Below, in pieces: positions 9,497 to 20,613 of a stretch of 64,000 nt of DNA. Positions within the stretch are counted from its first letter, which is position 1, and the number at the start of each line of letters is the position of its first letter. The stretch is from a virus. The notes beneath the pieces were generated by a model that worked only from the letters and a program-made list of their open reading frames with translations, had not been told where the DNA came from and did not search any database. The DNA lies in IMG/VR virus record IMGVR_UViG_3300046001_008198, positions 32,001 through 96,000 of that record; one strand, given 5' to 3'. Made by a program: the position numbers and the translations under genes.

Positions 9497-10234
9497 TTAA
9501 GCGGTGTATATTACTGTTTCTTGAGTGTTGATTGGATCTATTCCTTCTGAAGTAAACCATTCAGGGTTGGCAATAAATGATTGTTTATCACCCATTAATC
9601 GAATGTGTTCTTTGCGAGCGCGAATGGTGTTAATCTTTTTAGTTTTAACTTTGGTTACTGATTGTTGAAACCATTTGTTATCATTATCAGGAAAAGTTCG
9701 AAGTATAAATAAGGTTTTGTCTTTCTTTTTAACAAACTCATCATTAAAATAATGAATCTTTCTAAGGTACATGAATATTTGCTCATTGAATGCATGCACT
9801 TGAGCATCTGTTTTATTTGCAAAGAATTTGAATAAGTGTTTAGTTGGTTCTTTAGTTTTAAACATTGAGCCAATAAACTCAGTTTTACTTCTAACAATAG
9901 GTGTGGAATGTTGGGATTTAGCAAATACATTTTGTTGTGAAGGTATTATTTGTCTATAGCTCATAACAGGAATGTCATTTATACTCAATACAAAACAGTA
10001 TCCTGATCTGTGGATATAACGTCTATCCAATACAGGATCATATTCTTCGAAGAGATGAACATATTCTATTTTTATATTAGCTTTATGTTGTAGTCCTGCT
10101 AACTGTCTAAATGCTGGATAATCTGTAGAAGTAGAATTGAGATGTACTTCAGGTATGTATTGGAAGCCTGCTGTTAATAATAATTTTACGGATTCTTTGT
10201 CAATAAGTGGTATTTCATTGAATGGGATGTACAT
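9497..10234 (-). CDS. hypothetical protein
   Basis: 245 aa; preceded by hairpin plus TTTACTATCATC motif. Confidence 0.7.
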   Translation of the reverse strand: MYIPFNEIPLIDKESVKLLLTAGFQYIPEVHLNSTSTDYPAFRQLAGLQHKANIKIEYVHLFEEYDPVLDRRYIHRSGYCFVLSINDIPVMSYRQIIPSQQNVFAKSQHSTPIVRSKTEFIGSMFKTKEPTKHLFKFFANKTDAQVHAFNEQIFMYLRKIHYFNDEFVKKKDKTLFILRTFPDNDNKWFQQSVTKVKTKKINTIRARKEHIRLMGDKQSFIANPEWFTSEGIDPINTQETVIYTA

Positions 10235-10278
10235 GATGCTTAACGTTTGATGATAGTAAAAGCAGGCTGTAACACCTA

Positions 10279-10890
10279 CTATGGTTTGTCCTGCATTTTA
10301 TAGAGGGTGAATATTTCTGGGTTGAACACGGGAATGTTTTTCAGTACGGTTTGGATATGCCACTTTCTTCTTTCTGCCGGACTCATGTTGGAAAAGGGTT
10401 TTGAGTTGTATCTGCATGGAATGAATGTTAATGGATATGTTACTGTCGAACTCCATTCTGTATCTGAGCTTCTGAAGGTTAGGATATGATTTGCCTTTAA
10501 CTTATTTAGGATGTTCTCGAACAATGCTTTTTTGATTAGTTCTACTACAATATCTCCTAGAGTATTATGACCTGATGATTCATTGAACTCTTCTGCTGGT
10601 GAAGTCCAATGTCTTATTAGATTATCTATTTCATTTAATATTTTAAGATCTATGGGATCTGCATTTCTTACAACGATTGATGACCATCCGTCTACATATG
10701 ATGCAGAAAAATCACAGGCTTGTATGTCATCGATATATAACTTGCATGTAAAGTTTACATTGTAACTGAATTCGCTGTGATGTACACTCTTGTCATATTT
10801 GACATTAGGCTTTGCAACTGACAATTTGTATTTGTTAACTACTTCCAAAAGCTCTGGCTCTAAATCGTATATGGCTCTTATAGTTTTCAT
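10279..10890 (-). CDS. hypothetical protein
   Basis: Tiles with neighbours. Confidence 0.65.
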   Translation of the reverse strand: MKTIRAIYDLEPELLEVVNKYKLSVAKPNVKYDKSVHHSEFSYNVNFTCKLYIDDIQACDFSASYVDGWSSIVVRNADPIDLKILNEIDNLIRHWTSPAEEFNESSGHNTLGDIVVELIKKALFENILNKLKANHILTFRSSDTEWSSTVTYPLTFIPCRYNSKPFSNMSPAERRKWHIQTVLKNIPVFNPEIFTLYKMQDKP

Positions 10891-11231
10891 AGCTGTTTAC
10901 AATAAGTTATAAATTCTTCGGTGAATTCACCTTCGTCAGTGAGTACTTCAATAGATTCAGTTTCATCCTGACCACAGAAAAGCGGGTAAGGTTCTTTGCT
11001 GTTGTATGTAGTTTTGAATATTACTTTTTTCTTCTTAATGGAAACATCAAGATTAGAAATAGTTAAGGATCCTTCATCCAATAATTCTATTTCGAAAGGC
11101 TCATCTATTTCATCGTATCCCATTTTAACAGGAGTTCTTCCATCAAGTATTAATAGTATAAGTCTACCCATGCATTTGAGTAGTTTTCCTTCATTAAAAA
11201 GGTCACGGGGTATTACGCGGTTATAACTCAC
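10887..11231 (-). CDS. conserved phage protein of unknown function
   Basis: N-terminus YNRVIPRDLFNEGKLLKCMGRL recalled as a recurrent phage family (not database-checked). Confidence 0.6.
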   Translation of the reverse strand: MSYNRVIPRDLFNEGKLLKCMGRLILLILDGRTPVKMGYDEIDEPFEIELLDEGSLTISNLDVSIKKKKVIFKTTYNSKEPYPLFCGQDETESIEVLTDEGEFTEEFITYCKQL

Positions 11232-11396
11232 AGTTCTTTGTAAAATTTAAAATGTTAGTGGACCATCGATCCTTCAGTCTAGTTTCCAAAAGTCTAAGCT
11301 TTGACTTATCTGGATGTATTGTTTGTAGATTACGAGTTTTGTTTATTGCTATAGTAAGCGTGTAATCTTTTTTTATGAAATAATTTAATGGTTTTT

Positions 11397-11936
11397 TCAT
11401 AAGCTGTGATATAGTGTTAATTCTTTTAAATTTTCAATAATGAATCCTTTTAATCTGAAGTGAGCAATGTTTGCTTTTATGGTAGCAGCATCGGAAGGAA
11501 TTGGAATAAGTTTCCAGAAATCTCCTGATGCTGTAGGATGAGAAGCTTTGATTGCTCTACTGCTTAATAAATGTTTTTTTTGATGTAAATAAATCATCGC
11601 TTTGGCTATTGAAGTCCTCATAGTTTCCACAGGTTTGCCTTGATACATTCCTGTAAAAGATATAGAGTCTGCTTTTTTAGAAGCTGTTATGTAACAATTT
11701 GTATTAGTTACACCTACTTCTAATTCATAGTAACCATCCCAGTTTGATTTTATAATATAGTTATCACTTTGAAGATCGTGATTGAGTTCAAGCATTCTAA
11801 ATGAGTGTTGAAATATTTCTATGAATTCATCTATTGATACTTTAGGAAAGGTTGTGTGTTTTGCATTATTAAAATAAAGTAATGTGTTGGTGTCAGGAAG
11901 TAGTCTTACCCGTCTAATTAACCATAGATGTGTCAT
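11397..11936 (-). CDS. hypothetical protein
   Basis: 179-aa ORF on the coding strand. Confidence 0.6.
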   Translation of the reverse strand: MTHLWLIRRVRLLPDTNTLLYFNNAKHTTFPKVSIDEFIEIFQHSFRMLELNHDLQSDNYIIKSNWDGYYELEVGVTNTNCYITASKKADSISFTGMYQGKPVETMRTSIAKAMIYLHQKKHLLSSRAIKASHPTASGDFWKLIPIPSDAATIKANIAHFRLKGFIIENLKELTLYHSL

Positions 11937-11948
11937 AATATAAAAATT

Positions 11949-11975
11949 AAAAAAGCCCGCTGTATGGTCGCGAGC
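11949..11975 (-). terminator. intrinsic terminator
   Basis: Minus strand GCTCGC-loop-GCGGGC followed by a T-tract. Confidence 0.6.
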
Positions 11976-12126
11976 ACACCCCTTTGATAAGCATTCCGTT
12001 ATGATTATTTAAGCAGTACGGTTTATACATCTTTCTGTGATACAATTCAAGGGTTCAACAAGAAAGTAGTCTGATTATCGTAACCTCTCAGGACTGAGGT
12101 GAACATTCACTGCACCCTAACAATAT

Positions 12127-13911
12127 TTATAATTCTAAATAAAAGACTTCAGATGTTTCTGTAAGTTGTACATTAATAAATCCGTCCACTACTTGATGAG
12201 TGTATTCGGCATTCTCTTTTTTGTACAACTCTTTAATTCTTGCTTCGATACGATCAGCAAATTGATTCTTTGATGCTTCGATAACTGGTTCAGAAATTTC
12301 CATGAAGTCAACACCTTCGATTGTTGGTGTAGCTACATTTTGTTGAACAGCATTTAATAATGCTAAATCACTTTCATCTAATTGCATAATAGGAGCATCT
12401 CCTGCAGCAGCTGTTAATTCAGCCATGATATCTACAGACATTTCTGGAGTTGCTTCAACAGCAGGTGTTTCAGTTGATGACATTCTTTCTCTTGCTTCTT
12501 GGCAAGCCATGATAATGTTTTCTGTAGACATTGTTTCATGGGGAAGAGATTGGAATAATTCTAAAAAGTCTGCTTCAGCCAAAAGTCTTTCTGACGGTTC
12601 TGTAGTTACGACAGTCCCAACACTTTCCTGAACTTCTACTTCTACAGTCTTCTTTCTTTTCGGCTTTTCAGCAGTATCTGGAGCCATTGATGTAATCCAA
12701 TTCTCACAAAGAGTTTGATTGAAAGCTATGGATTCCATTTCTTTAAACTGTTCACCTGCATATTGGTATATCAATGCAGGACTATGCTTAGTTGTGTCAA
12801 GCATGTGATCAACAAAAGCTTCTGAAGTTATTGTTGACGTAGCAGGAGCTTCTTCTTCTTTAGAGAATTCAATTACTAACTCACTGTCTTCTGCATCAAC
12901 AACTTCTTCTTCTCCAAGGTTATGATCAATTTCTAAACCTTCTGCAAATCCTGATTGTTCTACTTCAGGTTCTCCTTCAATTTCAGCTACTCTTTCAAGA
13001 TACTCTTGATCGCTTTCAACATGAGCTTCAACTTCATATTTAAAACCTTCTTCTGTTTCAACTGGTTCTGTAACAACTTTTAGTTGCATTTCAGTTTCAA
13101 CTTCATTGTTTTCCAATACAAGTTCAAAAGCATCTTGGTGTACAGTATCTTCTTCTGCTATTTCTAATTCGAACTTAGGAAGAGTTAATTCAGTCGGTAC
13201 ATAATTAGCTACTTCAAGCATAACTGACATGTGTATACGTTGCTGACATACTTGCCATAATCCCATACCTGCATCTTGAATACCAAACATTAGGTATTTA
13301 TACAAGCCCCATAGAGTATCGCGATCCGTGTATTCAAACATAGGTTTCTTTCTTTCTCGGAATACAGCAACTGCTTGAGTTTGATTTAGGAATTCTTTCT
13401 CAAAGAATAATCTTCCCATAATGATTCCATACAACTGATCAGTTAAAGGAATTTTCAACATCTCATTTTTCTCATCAATGATTGATTGGAAATGGTCAGC
13501 CGCTTGAGAACATAAGTCTTTGATTGTTTCTTCAGCTTCATCGAAGGCTGTTCCTGTATGCTTGCGTAACCACTTAGCACCTGTAGAACCAATCATGGTA
13601 GTTTGGTTATCGTAAATCATTCCTGCAATAGCACAGCCAAACTTTACTTTCTTGTTGTAAGAGTTCTGCCAGTGGAAAACCATTCCCATTTGAGGGTCGG
13701 TTAGATTTTGAATAAAGAATTCTCCTTCAGCTACATCACCTTGATCTCCTTCAAAGAAAGATTCCGAAGTTATTTCGAAATTATTTGCTGCAAGTTCACG
13801 GCGAATTGTATCGATTACAAAACCGTGAGGGATTACAGTATAGGTATCTGTTGCCACAGGTAATGTGGTATTTCTTAAATAAGCTTCTGATATTGATATT
13901 TGTGCTTTCAT
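12127..13911 (-). CDS. DUF932/DUF945-like N-terminal domain fused to a long Glu-rich acidic region
   Basis: N-terminal T.TYTVIPH..VIDTI..EL and NSYNK..KFG..I pattern; residues ~240-594 are strongly acidic and low-complexity. Confidence 0.55.
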   Translation of the reverse strand: MKAQISISEAYLRNTTLPVATDTYTVIPHGFVIDTIRRELAANNFEITSESFFEGDQGDVAEGEFFIQNLTDPQMGMVFHWQNSYNKKVKFGCAIAGMIYDNQTTMIGSTGAKWLRKHTGTAFDEAEETIKDLCSQAADHFQSIIDEKNEMLKIPLTDQLYGIIMGRLFFEKEFLNQTQAVAVFRERKKPMFEYTDRDTLWGLYKYLMFGIQDAGMGLWQVCQQRIHMSVMLEVANYVPTELTLPKFELEIAEEDTVHQDAFELVLENNEVETEMQLKVVTEPVETEEGFKYEVEAHVESDQEYLERVAEIEGEPEVEQSGFAEGLEIDHNLGEEEVVDAEDSELVIEFSKEEEAPATSTITSEAFVDHMLDTTKHSPALIYQYAGEQFKEMESIAFNQTLCENWITSMAPDTAEKPKRKKTVEVEVQESVGTVVTTEPSERLLAEADFLELFQSLPHETMSTENIIMACQEARERMSSTETPAVEATPEMSVDIMAELTAAAGDAPIMQLDESDLALLNAVQQNVATPTIEGVDFMEISEPVIEASKNQFADRIEARIKELYKKENAEYTHQVVDGFINVQLTETSEVFYLEL

Positions 13912-15908
13912 AAATTAAGAGTTGTTTGTGACACTAAGGCCTTTAGATTATTAATTTCTCTGTTGACTTTTTTGATATAAAAACTGTAATCGATTTGATA
14001 ATATTCGATAGGTAATGTGCTGTCTACATTGATTGCTACTTCTTCTAATGAGGAAGATGCTTCTAGTTTCAATACACCTGCAACAGTTTTAGACTTATGT
14101 ACTTTTAGGATCTTACATCCATTCTTACATGCGTAGTACCGAATGGTTTTAGGGAGGGGAAATGTTACCATTTCGTCATCCATTCCTAGATAACATTCTT
14201 TTATAAATTTCCAATCCCCTTTGGCTCGAACACCCGCGCAATAATCGTAAATGTTTTGACCTTCTTTGATTGTTTTTTCTACAGGTATACCTAGTACAAA
14301 ATAATTATACAAGGCAATACGATTTATCCTATAGGATTTGTTTTTATGCAAAGCTTTATCTACTTCGAAGCGACCTTTACATTTGGTAGCGAAGTGATAA
14401 ATCTTATCGCCAGAAACTTTAAGCAAGGGTTTCTGTTCTTCAGCTAATAAACTTTTAGCTTTCTCTAAAGGAATTTCTTTTCCTTTAAATATACCTATGT
14501 AATTATTAACATCAAATACAATAAGCCTTTGGTAATCTTCATACTCCAATTCAAGTAGAGTTTGAGCTTCCCATTCTTTACAAATCTGATCGAATAGTTC
14601 TTCATATTCCTGTGGAATTAATACTTCTCCACCGTCAGTGTTTACCATCAGTGGTCTAGCCATTGGAATACGCTCACACAGGTCTTCTAAGAGCATAACT
14701 AATGAAAGCTGTCCATTACATGTAATCTGCATTGTAAAGAAGCTGTCCTTGAGAAAGCTATTCTTTTCATTACTTAACCCATAGGTTGAGTTCAGAACAA
14801 TTTTATACATGTAGTTTAGCGGATTCTTTTTGTCATACTTCAGACGCTCATTATAAAACCATTCATATCTGTTACAAAAGATTTCATTATTGATATGTGC
14901 TGGAGCCCATCTGTTACGGATTGCGAGATTAGGATAGAAAGATTTGACATCAAAAGATTTGATAATCATTCCGTCACCTGATTTATAATCACCTCGCTTG
15001 GCTCCATGGATTCCACCTAATGCAAAAGATATAGGTAAACCTCGATAGCTGATATCATATTTGAATGTACCTTTTAGATTTTCACCATCGAGTACTAGGT
15101 TCTTGAATGTACCTAGCATTTTCTGAAGACCTTCTGTTTTGAATTTAATGTATGGAAGAATTGCTTCTTTCAAATGAATTTTAGGACGATAAGTTTTCTT
15201 GTCTTTCAGATCCCATTTGCTAATACCTAAATCTTTACTTAGTAAATCCAGAAATATTTTCTTTACCATGTCTGGCTCAGAAGAATTCTTTAGATTCAAA
15301 TTAAAAACTTTCGATAACTCTTGTCTGATTTCAACTTCTCCTTTGTTTATTTTGTAAAGTTCTAAGGTAGATAAGCAATCATTCAAACAATATTTCCTGA
15401 GATCTAAAATTTGTTCGCGTGTGAGATGATCTCCTGGTTGGCAATCCATATCCATAATATTTGGATAGTCCATATTGTATTGGATCCATTTGAGAGATGC
15501 GAACTTTTGTTGGTTGTTGTAATTATTTATTGATGCTATATCGCAATCATTGTAAAGGAGATCCTTCTTTTTATAGATAGCATAACCTTTAGTATTTTTT
15601 TGATCGAGAAGGGTTTGAACAAAAAGATAAACTTCTTCAGCCACCCTTTCTCCAGAGAGATGGAGTAAGCGCTCATAGTTACTAATGACAAATGTTGAAA
15701 CCTGCGTATCAAAATCAAGCCCGTTGAATGAAATCAATCGAGTCTTATTTTTAATTAATTGTTTTTGAAAGTGGAGGTATTCAGTAAGTTGATTTTCATA
15801 TGAAGATACTTCAAAGCTGATAACATCATCAGGTTTATCGGCATCAACATATAAGGTCAGAAAACAGTTTCGAATTGTTTCTTTATCAAATACATATTCT
15901 TTTTCCAT
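13908..15908 (-). CDS. polB: family B DNA polymerase
   Basis: ExoI DKET, ExoII FNGLDFD, ExoIII YCLND; polymerase motifs SFDVKSFYPNL, YKIVLNSTYG, VNTDG. Confidence 0.92.
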   Translation of the reverse strand: MEKEYVFDKETIRNCFLTLYVDADKPDDVISFEVSSYENQLTEYLHFQKQLIKNKTRLISFNGLDFDTQVSTFVISNYERLLHLSGERVAEEVYLFVQTLLDQKNTKGYAIYKKKDLLYNDCDIASINNYNNQQKFASLKWIQYNMDYPNIMDMDCQPGDHLTREQILDLRKYCLNDCLSTLELYKINKGEVEIRQELSKVFNLNLKNSSEPDMVKKIFLDLLSKDLGISKWDLKDKKTYRPKIHLKEAILPYIKFKTEGLQKMLGTFKNLVLDGENLKGTFKYDISYRGLPISFALGGIHGAKRGDYKSGDGMIIKSFDVKSFYPNLAIRNRWAPAHINNEIFCNRYEWFYNERLKYDKKNPLNYMYKIVLNSTYGLSNEKNSFLKDSFFTMQITCNGQLSLVMLLEDLCERIPMARPLMVNTDGGEVLIPQEYEELFDQICKEWEAQTLLELEYEDYQRLIVFDVNNYIGIFKGKEIPLEKAKSLLAEEQKPLLKVSGDKIYHFATKCKGRFEVDKALHKNKSYRINRIALYNYFVLGIPVEKTIKEGQNIYDYCAGVRAKGDWKFIKECYLGMDDEMVTFPLPKTIRYYACKNGCKILKVHKSKTVAGVLKLEASSSLEEVAINVDSTLPIEYYQIDYSFYIKKVNREINNLKALVSQTTLNL

Positions 15909-15920
15909 AAATTATTGGAT

Positions 15921-15951
15921 AAAAAAAGGAGTGCTATGATGCACCCCTTTT
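15921..15951 (-). terminator. intrinsic (possibly bidirectional) terminator
   Basis: A-tract, GGAGTGC-loop-GCACCCC, T-tract. Confidence 0.55.
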
Positions 15952-15971
15952 ATTCTTTGATATATTGGAAA

Positions 15972-16379
15972 CTATAGAAATGACTTGTAGTCAGCTCTAT
16001 CAGCATTTATCGCAAACATCTCTACAAATGTAATGATGTCCTCAGCTTTTTCAATTTGGATTTCATGAAATACTTCAAACATTTTTCGCTCTTGCTTGAA
16101 TGGATGACTTACTTTGGTACGACTGTCCGTATTAGGAGTCATCATTCCTTTGTCATCTACTTTCGGCATGAAGCTGAAATGATTTTTCTTTTCTTTCAGT
16201 AAGCACGCTAAGATTTTTCTTTTAGGATCGAATACACATTCTACATAAGGGCAGTCTGTTGTAAGCGGGATTAAAGAAAAAGTTGACTGCTCTCCACTTA
16301 AAGTGGTTGAAGTAATAAGCATTGAACCTATTACAGGTAATGCTTTGGACTTGGTTGGTTTATTAGGTAACTCTGGCAT
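15972..16379 (-). CDS. hypothetical protein
   Basis: Preceded by a TATATTTG promoter-like box at 16396-16403. Confidence 0.7.
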   Translation of the reverse strand: MPELPNKPTKSKALPVIGSMLITSTTLSGEQSTFSLIPLTTDCPYVECVFDPKRKILACLLKEKKNHFSFMPKVDDKGMMTPNTDSRTKVSHPFKQERKMFEVFHEIQIEKAEDIITFVEMFAINADRADYKSFL

Positions 16380-16409
16380 ATAATTAATTTTTTTTCAAAT
16401 ATAAGAAAT

Positions 16410-17381
16410 TTATAATTCAACTTCACCTAAAGCATATTCTTTTGGTAAATTGAATTCTTGTTTTCTCAAATGCCACTGCACTGTGTCAAATGATTTATTC
16501 ATTCTACAAGTCCATTTGTGCATACTTTCTTCTGAAACTTTGAATGCGTACACATCATTGTTTTTATCACATACAAGAAAGTAAAATTCAATCTTCCATT
16601 TATCTTTAGAGTTTTTTGGAATAAGTGACTCTACTAATTTTTTGTATATAGGAGGTTGTAAAAAGTAATGATATGTATCGAAACTAAATTCCTTCCACTC
16701 TTGTAAAGTACGCTCGGTCTTCTTGAGATCTACAATTTGTAGTACACACTTTTCATAATCGACTTTTAGTCTGTCCACAATTCCTCTAAGATCGAAATCC
16801 CATTCAGGCATGTTACAAGTTACATCCATTTCATTACGACATACTTGTTTCTGATTTGTTTGTTCAAAGAAATTATGATGCGCTTTATCATAATCCAAAA
16901 CAGCATCCGCTTTGGCAGTCATGGTAGCTACCGAATCATAAGTAACAATAGGAACTTTTTTAATGTTTGCTTCCTGCAATGCTCTAAAGTAATCAATAGC
17001 TTCAGGTGTTTGAATTCTTGAAAGTTTTATAGGATCTGTCATTTTATCATACAAACCTTGCTCTTTAATCCATGCTAAAGTTTCAACATTTAATTCACCT
17101 AAGCCCACGATTCCTTTTTCAGCAACCCATTGATAGTTAAAGTACCAATCACAAAAAGCTTTTGGATTTGCACTAGGCAGTTTGGCTGACTGCATCATAA
17201 ATTTTTCATTGATGGTATCTCTTTCCAATAGTAATGCATGGAATAATTGTCCGTCTACAAAATGTTTCTGATCAACTTCTTCAATTCCTTCTATGTATTT
17301 TTTGTAAAATTCTTTAGGACTTTTAATCAATGTTGTTATCGATGAGAAGCTTAACCTTCTTCTTTTTTTTTCTGTAAGCAT
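16410..17381 (-). CDS. PD-(D/E)XK exonuclease (RecE/exonuclease VIII-like)
   Basis: LSFSSI, GQLFHALLLE, RGIVDRL..IVDLKKT, YFLQ..IY. Confidence 0.8.
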   Translation of the reverse strand: MLTEKKRRRLSFSSITTLIKSPKEFYKKYIEGIEEVDQKHFVDGQLFHALLLERDTINEKFMMQSAKLPSANPKAFCDWYFNYQWVAEKGIVGLGELNVETLAWIKEQGLYDKMTDPIKLSRIQTPEAIDYFRALQEANIKKVPIVTYDSVATMTAKADAVLDYDKAHHNFFEQTNQKQVCRNEMDVTCNMPEWDFDLRGIVDRLKVDYEKCVLQIVDLKKTERTLQEWKEFSFDTYHYFLQPPIYKKLVESLIPKNSKDKWKIEFYFLVCDKNNDVYAFKVSEESMHKWTCRMNKSFDTVQWHLRKQEFNLPKEYALGEVEL

Positions 17382-17387
17382 AGATAT

Positions 17388-18278
17388 TTATTTAAATTTT
17401 AATTTTGCTTTGAACATAAACTTATCACTTTTTTCTGTTATAAGTGGATTGTATTCTGCTAAGATGAAGGACATCATACGTGTTTTATCTTGCTTATAAA
17501 TACTTGGATCTCCATCACGTACAGCTGAATTTAATTCACATAATGTATCAATTGTATCAAGATGTAATTCTCCTTGAAATCCATTCTGTGATGTAGATGC
17601 TGATATAGTTTTAAGATAATTTAATAACACATCTCCTTTTAATATCTCTTTGTTTATATGACCAAGCATGATAAGATATTCAAATGATGTTACAGCATTC
17701 CATCTAAGACATGATGTTATACCGAGTTTTATATTTTCTGCATTTTCAGATGTCAACAAAGCTTTAGTTTTAGTATAGTCTTCTAGTTGCATAGTTGGTC
17801 TATCCATTAATCTAAAAAATTCAGATACAGGTACACGGATAGCAGATGATTTAGGATTTGGTGCACGAACAAAACTTTTTGTATGCCCTACGCTTTCATT
17901 AGTTTTATCCATATCTGCTGTAAATACTGTTGCCTCAGGATACTCTTCTAATATTTCTTTGGCAATGTCTATAATATTAGCATCTTGAGATGCAAATGCA
18001 GGAATTACTTTCATATATTCTATTGATAATTTATCAATAAATAATATATTTTCAAGTGTTCTGTTAACAGCAAATGGACTTATTGTTATAGGAGATCCTT
18101 GAATTTGGAATACTATATCGGTCGATGATTGCTTTTGCTTTTTGAACCAATCAATTTGTATATCAGAAGCCTTTATTTTAGGACATAAAGCTTCAACAAA
18201 AGTTGTAACACAAGAAGCTGTGTATTTAACTTGGGTTAGGTTTTCTTTTAATACTTCTTTGAAGATAATTATTTCCAT
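17388..18278 (-). CDS. hypothetical protein
   Basis: 296 aa, on the coding strand. Confidence 0.7.
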   Translation of the reverse strand: MEIIIFKEVLKENLTQVKYTASCVTTFVEALCPKIKASDIQIDWFKKQKQSSTDIVFQIQGSPITISPFAVNRTLENILFIDKLSIEYMKVIPAFASQDANIIDIAKEILEEYPEATVFTADMDKTNESVGHTKSFVRAPNPKSSAIRVPVSEFFRLMDRPTMQLEDYTKTKALLTSENAENIKLGITSCLRWNAVTSFEYLIMLGHINKEILKGDVLLNYLKTISASTSQNGFQGELHLDTIDTLCELNSAVRDGDPSIYKQDKTRMMSFILAEYNPLITEKSDKFMFKAKLKFK

Positions 18279-18319
18279 TGTTTTTAAAAAAAGGGAGAAC
18301 CGAAGTCCTCCCGTAATTA

Positions 18320-19525
18320 TTATTCCATTACTGTTTGGTAGATGGCATTGTTAAGAAGTAAGTCATTCCACTTGTCATCTCCTCCTACTAATTTACGAGT
18401 GAGTACAAAGCGTAAGTCTGCTCCTAAACATTTGCTGTCAATCAAATCAACAACTCGTTGGATCATTACTTTATCAACCTGATTCTTTTGTACTACATGC
18501 TGAAGATGATTTGCTACACGAACCATAAGAACATTTGCAATGTCAGCACGGTATGTTGTACCAGATGAGCATACATTATTTATTTCCGATAAGATGTTTG
18601 CAAAAGGAATACTCAAGTCAAAGATTTTATCAGGAGAAATAATCATATCCATTTTGTTATGAATGAATGATGTGAACATTGATGCAGCTTCGCTACCTAA
18701 AGAACCTTCACCTAACATTTGGATAAGCTCTAAGTTTTGTTCGAAGTTTTGGAAGGTGCTGATCACTGAGAAGAACATTGAGATCGATCTTGGATTTACC
18801 TCTGGTCTTTTGTCATCGATTAGTTCTGGAGTCATCAATACAAAATTGATACATCTCGAATCTATTCCTGATTTCACTGCCCATTCAGCCCAAACTTCAG
18901 CATCAAACTTTACAAATAAGTTTAAGTATCTTGATTGTTGAGCAGGATCTTGGTATGCAACAGTGTAAATTCCGTCATCTGGATTAGATGATAAAAGAAT
19001 TGTCCAATCTTTTGGTAACTCCCAAGTCATATACTTCTGAGTACTAATCAAATTCATTACTGCTTGAGTGAACTGAGGGGCAGCGCGCGTATAATCATCA
19101 AGGATTAAAATACCTGCACCTTTCTTACCTTTAATCCATTGAGGTTCTGAATATGCCATACGTGAATCTGTAGTCACAACATATCCTAAAGTCTTATATG
19201 AATCAATTGCTTTTTCTCTTACCCATATTGAATCAACTACATCTCCTTTTTTGCAGACCATTTTATATTCTTCAACAGGAAGACCAATTAAATCACCTAT
19301 CTCTTGCATCTCAGCCATGTTTACCTGAGTCACATTATTTGCTGGATAACCAAGCATTTGTCCAACCTGATTGATTGCAGATGTTTTACCTAGTCCTGCT
19401 GGACCTACTATGTTTGCTGCTACAGGAGGAAGACCTTTAGCTGAATTTACTTTATTCGCTGCAATAATATGTAACATTACATTTTGCAATTCTTGAATAT
19501 TTACCTCGGTGTTTTTTGATGCCAT
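18320..19525 (-). CDS. MoxR/dynein-related AAA+ ATPase
   Basis: Walker A GPAGLGKT, Walker B ILILDDY, sensor SSNP; adjacent to a VWA gene. Confidence 0.8.
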   Translation of the reverse strand: MASKNTEVNIQELQNVMLHIIAANKVNSAKGLPPVAANIVGPAGLGKTSAINQVGQMLGYPANNVTQVNMAEMQEIGDLIGLPVEEYKMVCKKGDVVDSIWVREKAIDSYKTLGYVVTTDSRMAYSEPQWIKGKKGAGILILDDYTRAAPQFTQAVMNLISTQKYMTWELPKDWTILLSSNPDDGIYTVAYQDPAQQSRYLNLFVKFDAEVWAEWAVKSGIDSRCINFVLMTPELIDDKRPEVNPRSISMFFSVISTFQNFEQNLELIQMLGEGSLGSEAASMFTSFIHNKMDMIISPDKIFDLSIPFANILSEINNVCSSGTTYRADIANVLMVRVANHLQHVVQKNQVDKVMIQRVVDLIDSKCLGADLRFVLTRKLVGGDDKWNDLLLNNAIYQTVME

Positions 19526-19532
19526 AATTAAT

Positions 19533-20565
19533 TTACATTTCTAGTTTGATACATTTTCCTGGAAGGTCGTCATTCATTCCGCTTACGGATGACAGAACCC
19601 ATAATATATTCCCTCTTGCATTTTCTGGAGCAGAACATTCTCCGTCTGTAAAATAAATCAGACATGAGTATTTACTTAAATTTTTGCGATACATATCTAT
19701 AACAGGTTGAAATTCTGTACCTCCTCGACCATTGATTTTAATATTGGCTCTTGGATTATACCTAATCACATTGTTAATTCTTGTATCACATAATACAACT
19801 GTTACATCGTGACCTGTACGATAGATGTGATGTATTTCATGCATGAATTCTGTAAGCTCATCGTTGCTTACACTAGCACTGGTGTCAATTGCTACAAGTA
19901 TATGTGAGAAATCTTTTCTTTTTAAACCAGGCATGTCAGAAAAGCGATTACTCTTTTTTCTTTTAGTGGTTACAAAATGGCACTTCACTGAAGTCCCTAC
20001 AAAGTTTCTTACAAATCCTCTCCAATTGAATTTTGGTGGAGTGATATCAACTATTTTATCAAGGATGTGCTTAACATCGAAAGGTAATGTACCTCGTGCT
20101 TTAGTCACTTCCTTAACAGCTTGGTCAATTGAATGAGCAAAACCTCGGTCTAAGATTTCTTTCATGGTATTACTCATACCTTCTATCTCATCCCATTGAT
20201 GATTTGGATTGTGTAATGGTTTACCATCGTCACCCATAACCATTTTACCACCAGGTTGACCTTCACCATCACCATCACTACCTGCTCCTTGACCATCACC
20301 TTCTTGGCTCTGGTTCAATAAATCTTTTAAAGCCTGTGAGTTTGGACAACCTGCTTCTTTTTCCTGAAGCAAAGCTTTGTAATAAAAGTTTGTGTCTTTT
20401 CCAGCAGGAAGATTTAAATCTTTGAATGCTTCTAAAGTACAGCCTCCTTCAGGTAATAACTCAGTAGGTATATCCTGATTGATATAAATATCCATTGCCA
20501 TGTTTGACAATTCTTTATCTTTCAAGTGACCAAAATCGGTAAGGTGGAAGAAACATATATGCCTT
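19533..20565 (-). CDS. exon 2 of DUF2201-type metallopeptidase-VWA protein (spliced length 419 aa)
   Basis: Begins A-AGG-CAT (completing HELRH); VWA MIDAS IDTSAS, GRGGTEF, YFTDG. Confidence 0.85.
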
Positions 20566-20613
20566 CATTATGTTAACTATAATTTTCATTATAGATCGGA
20601 CTATACCTTCATC

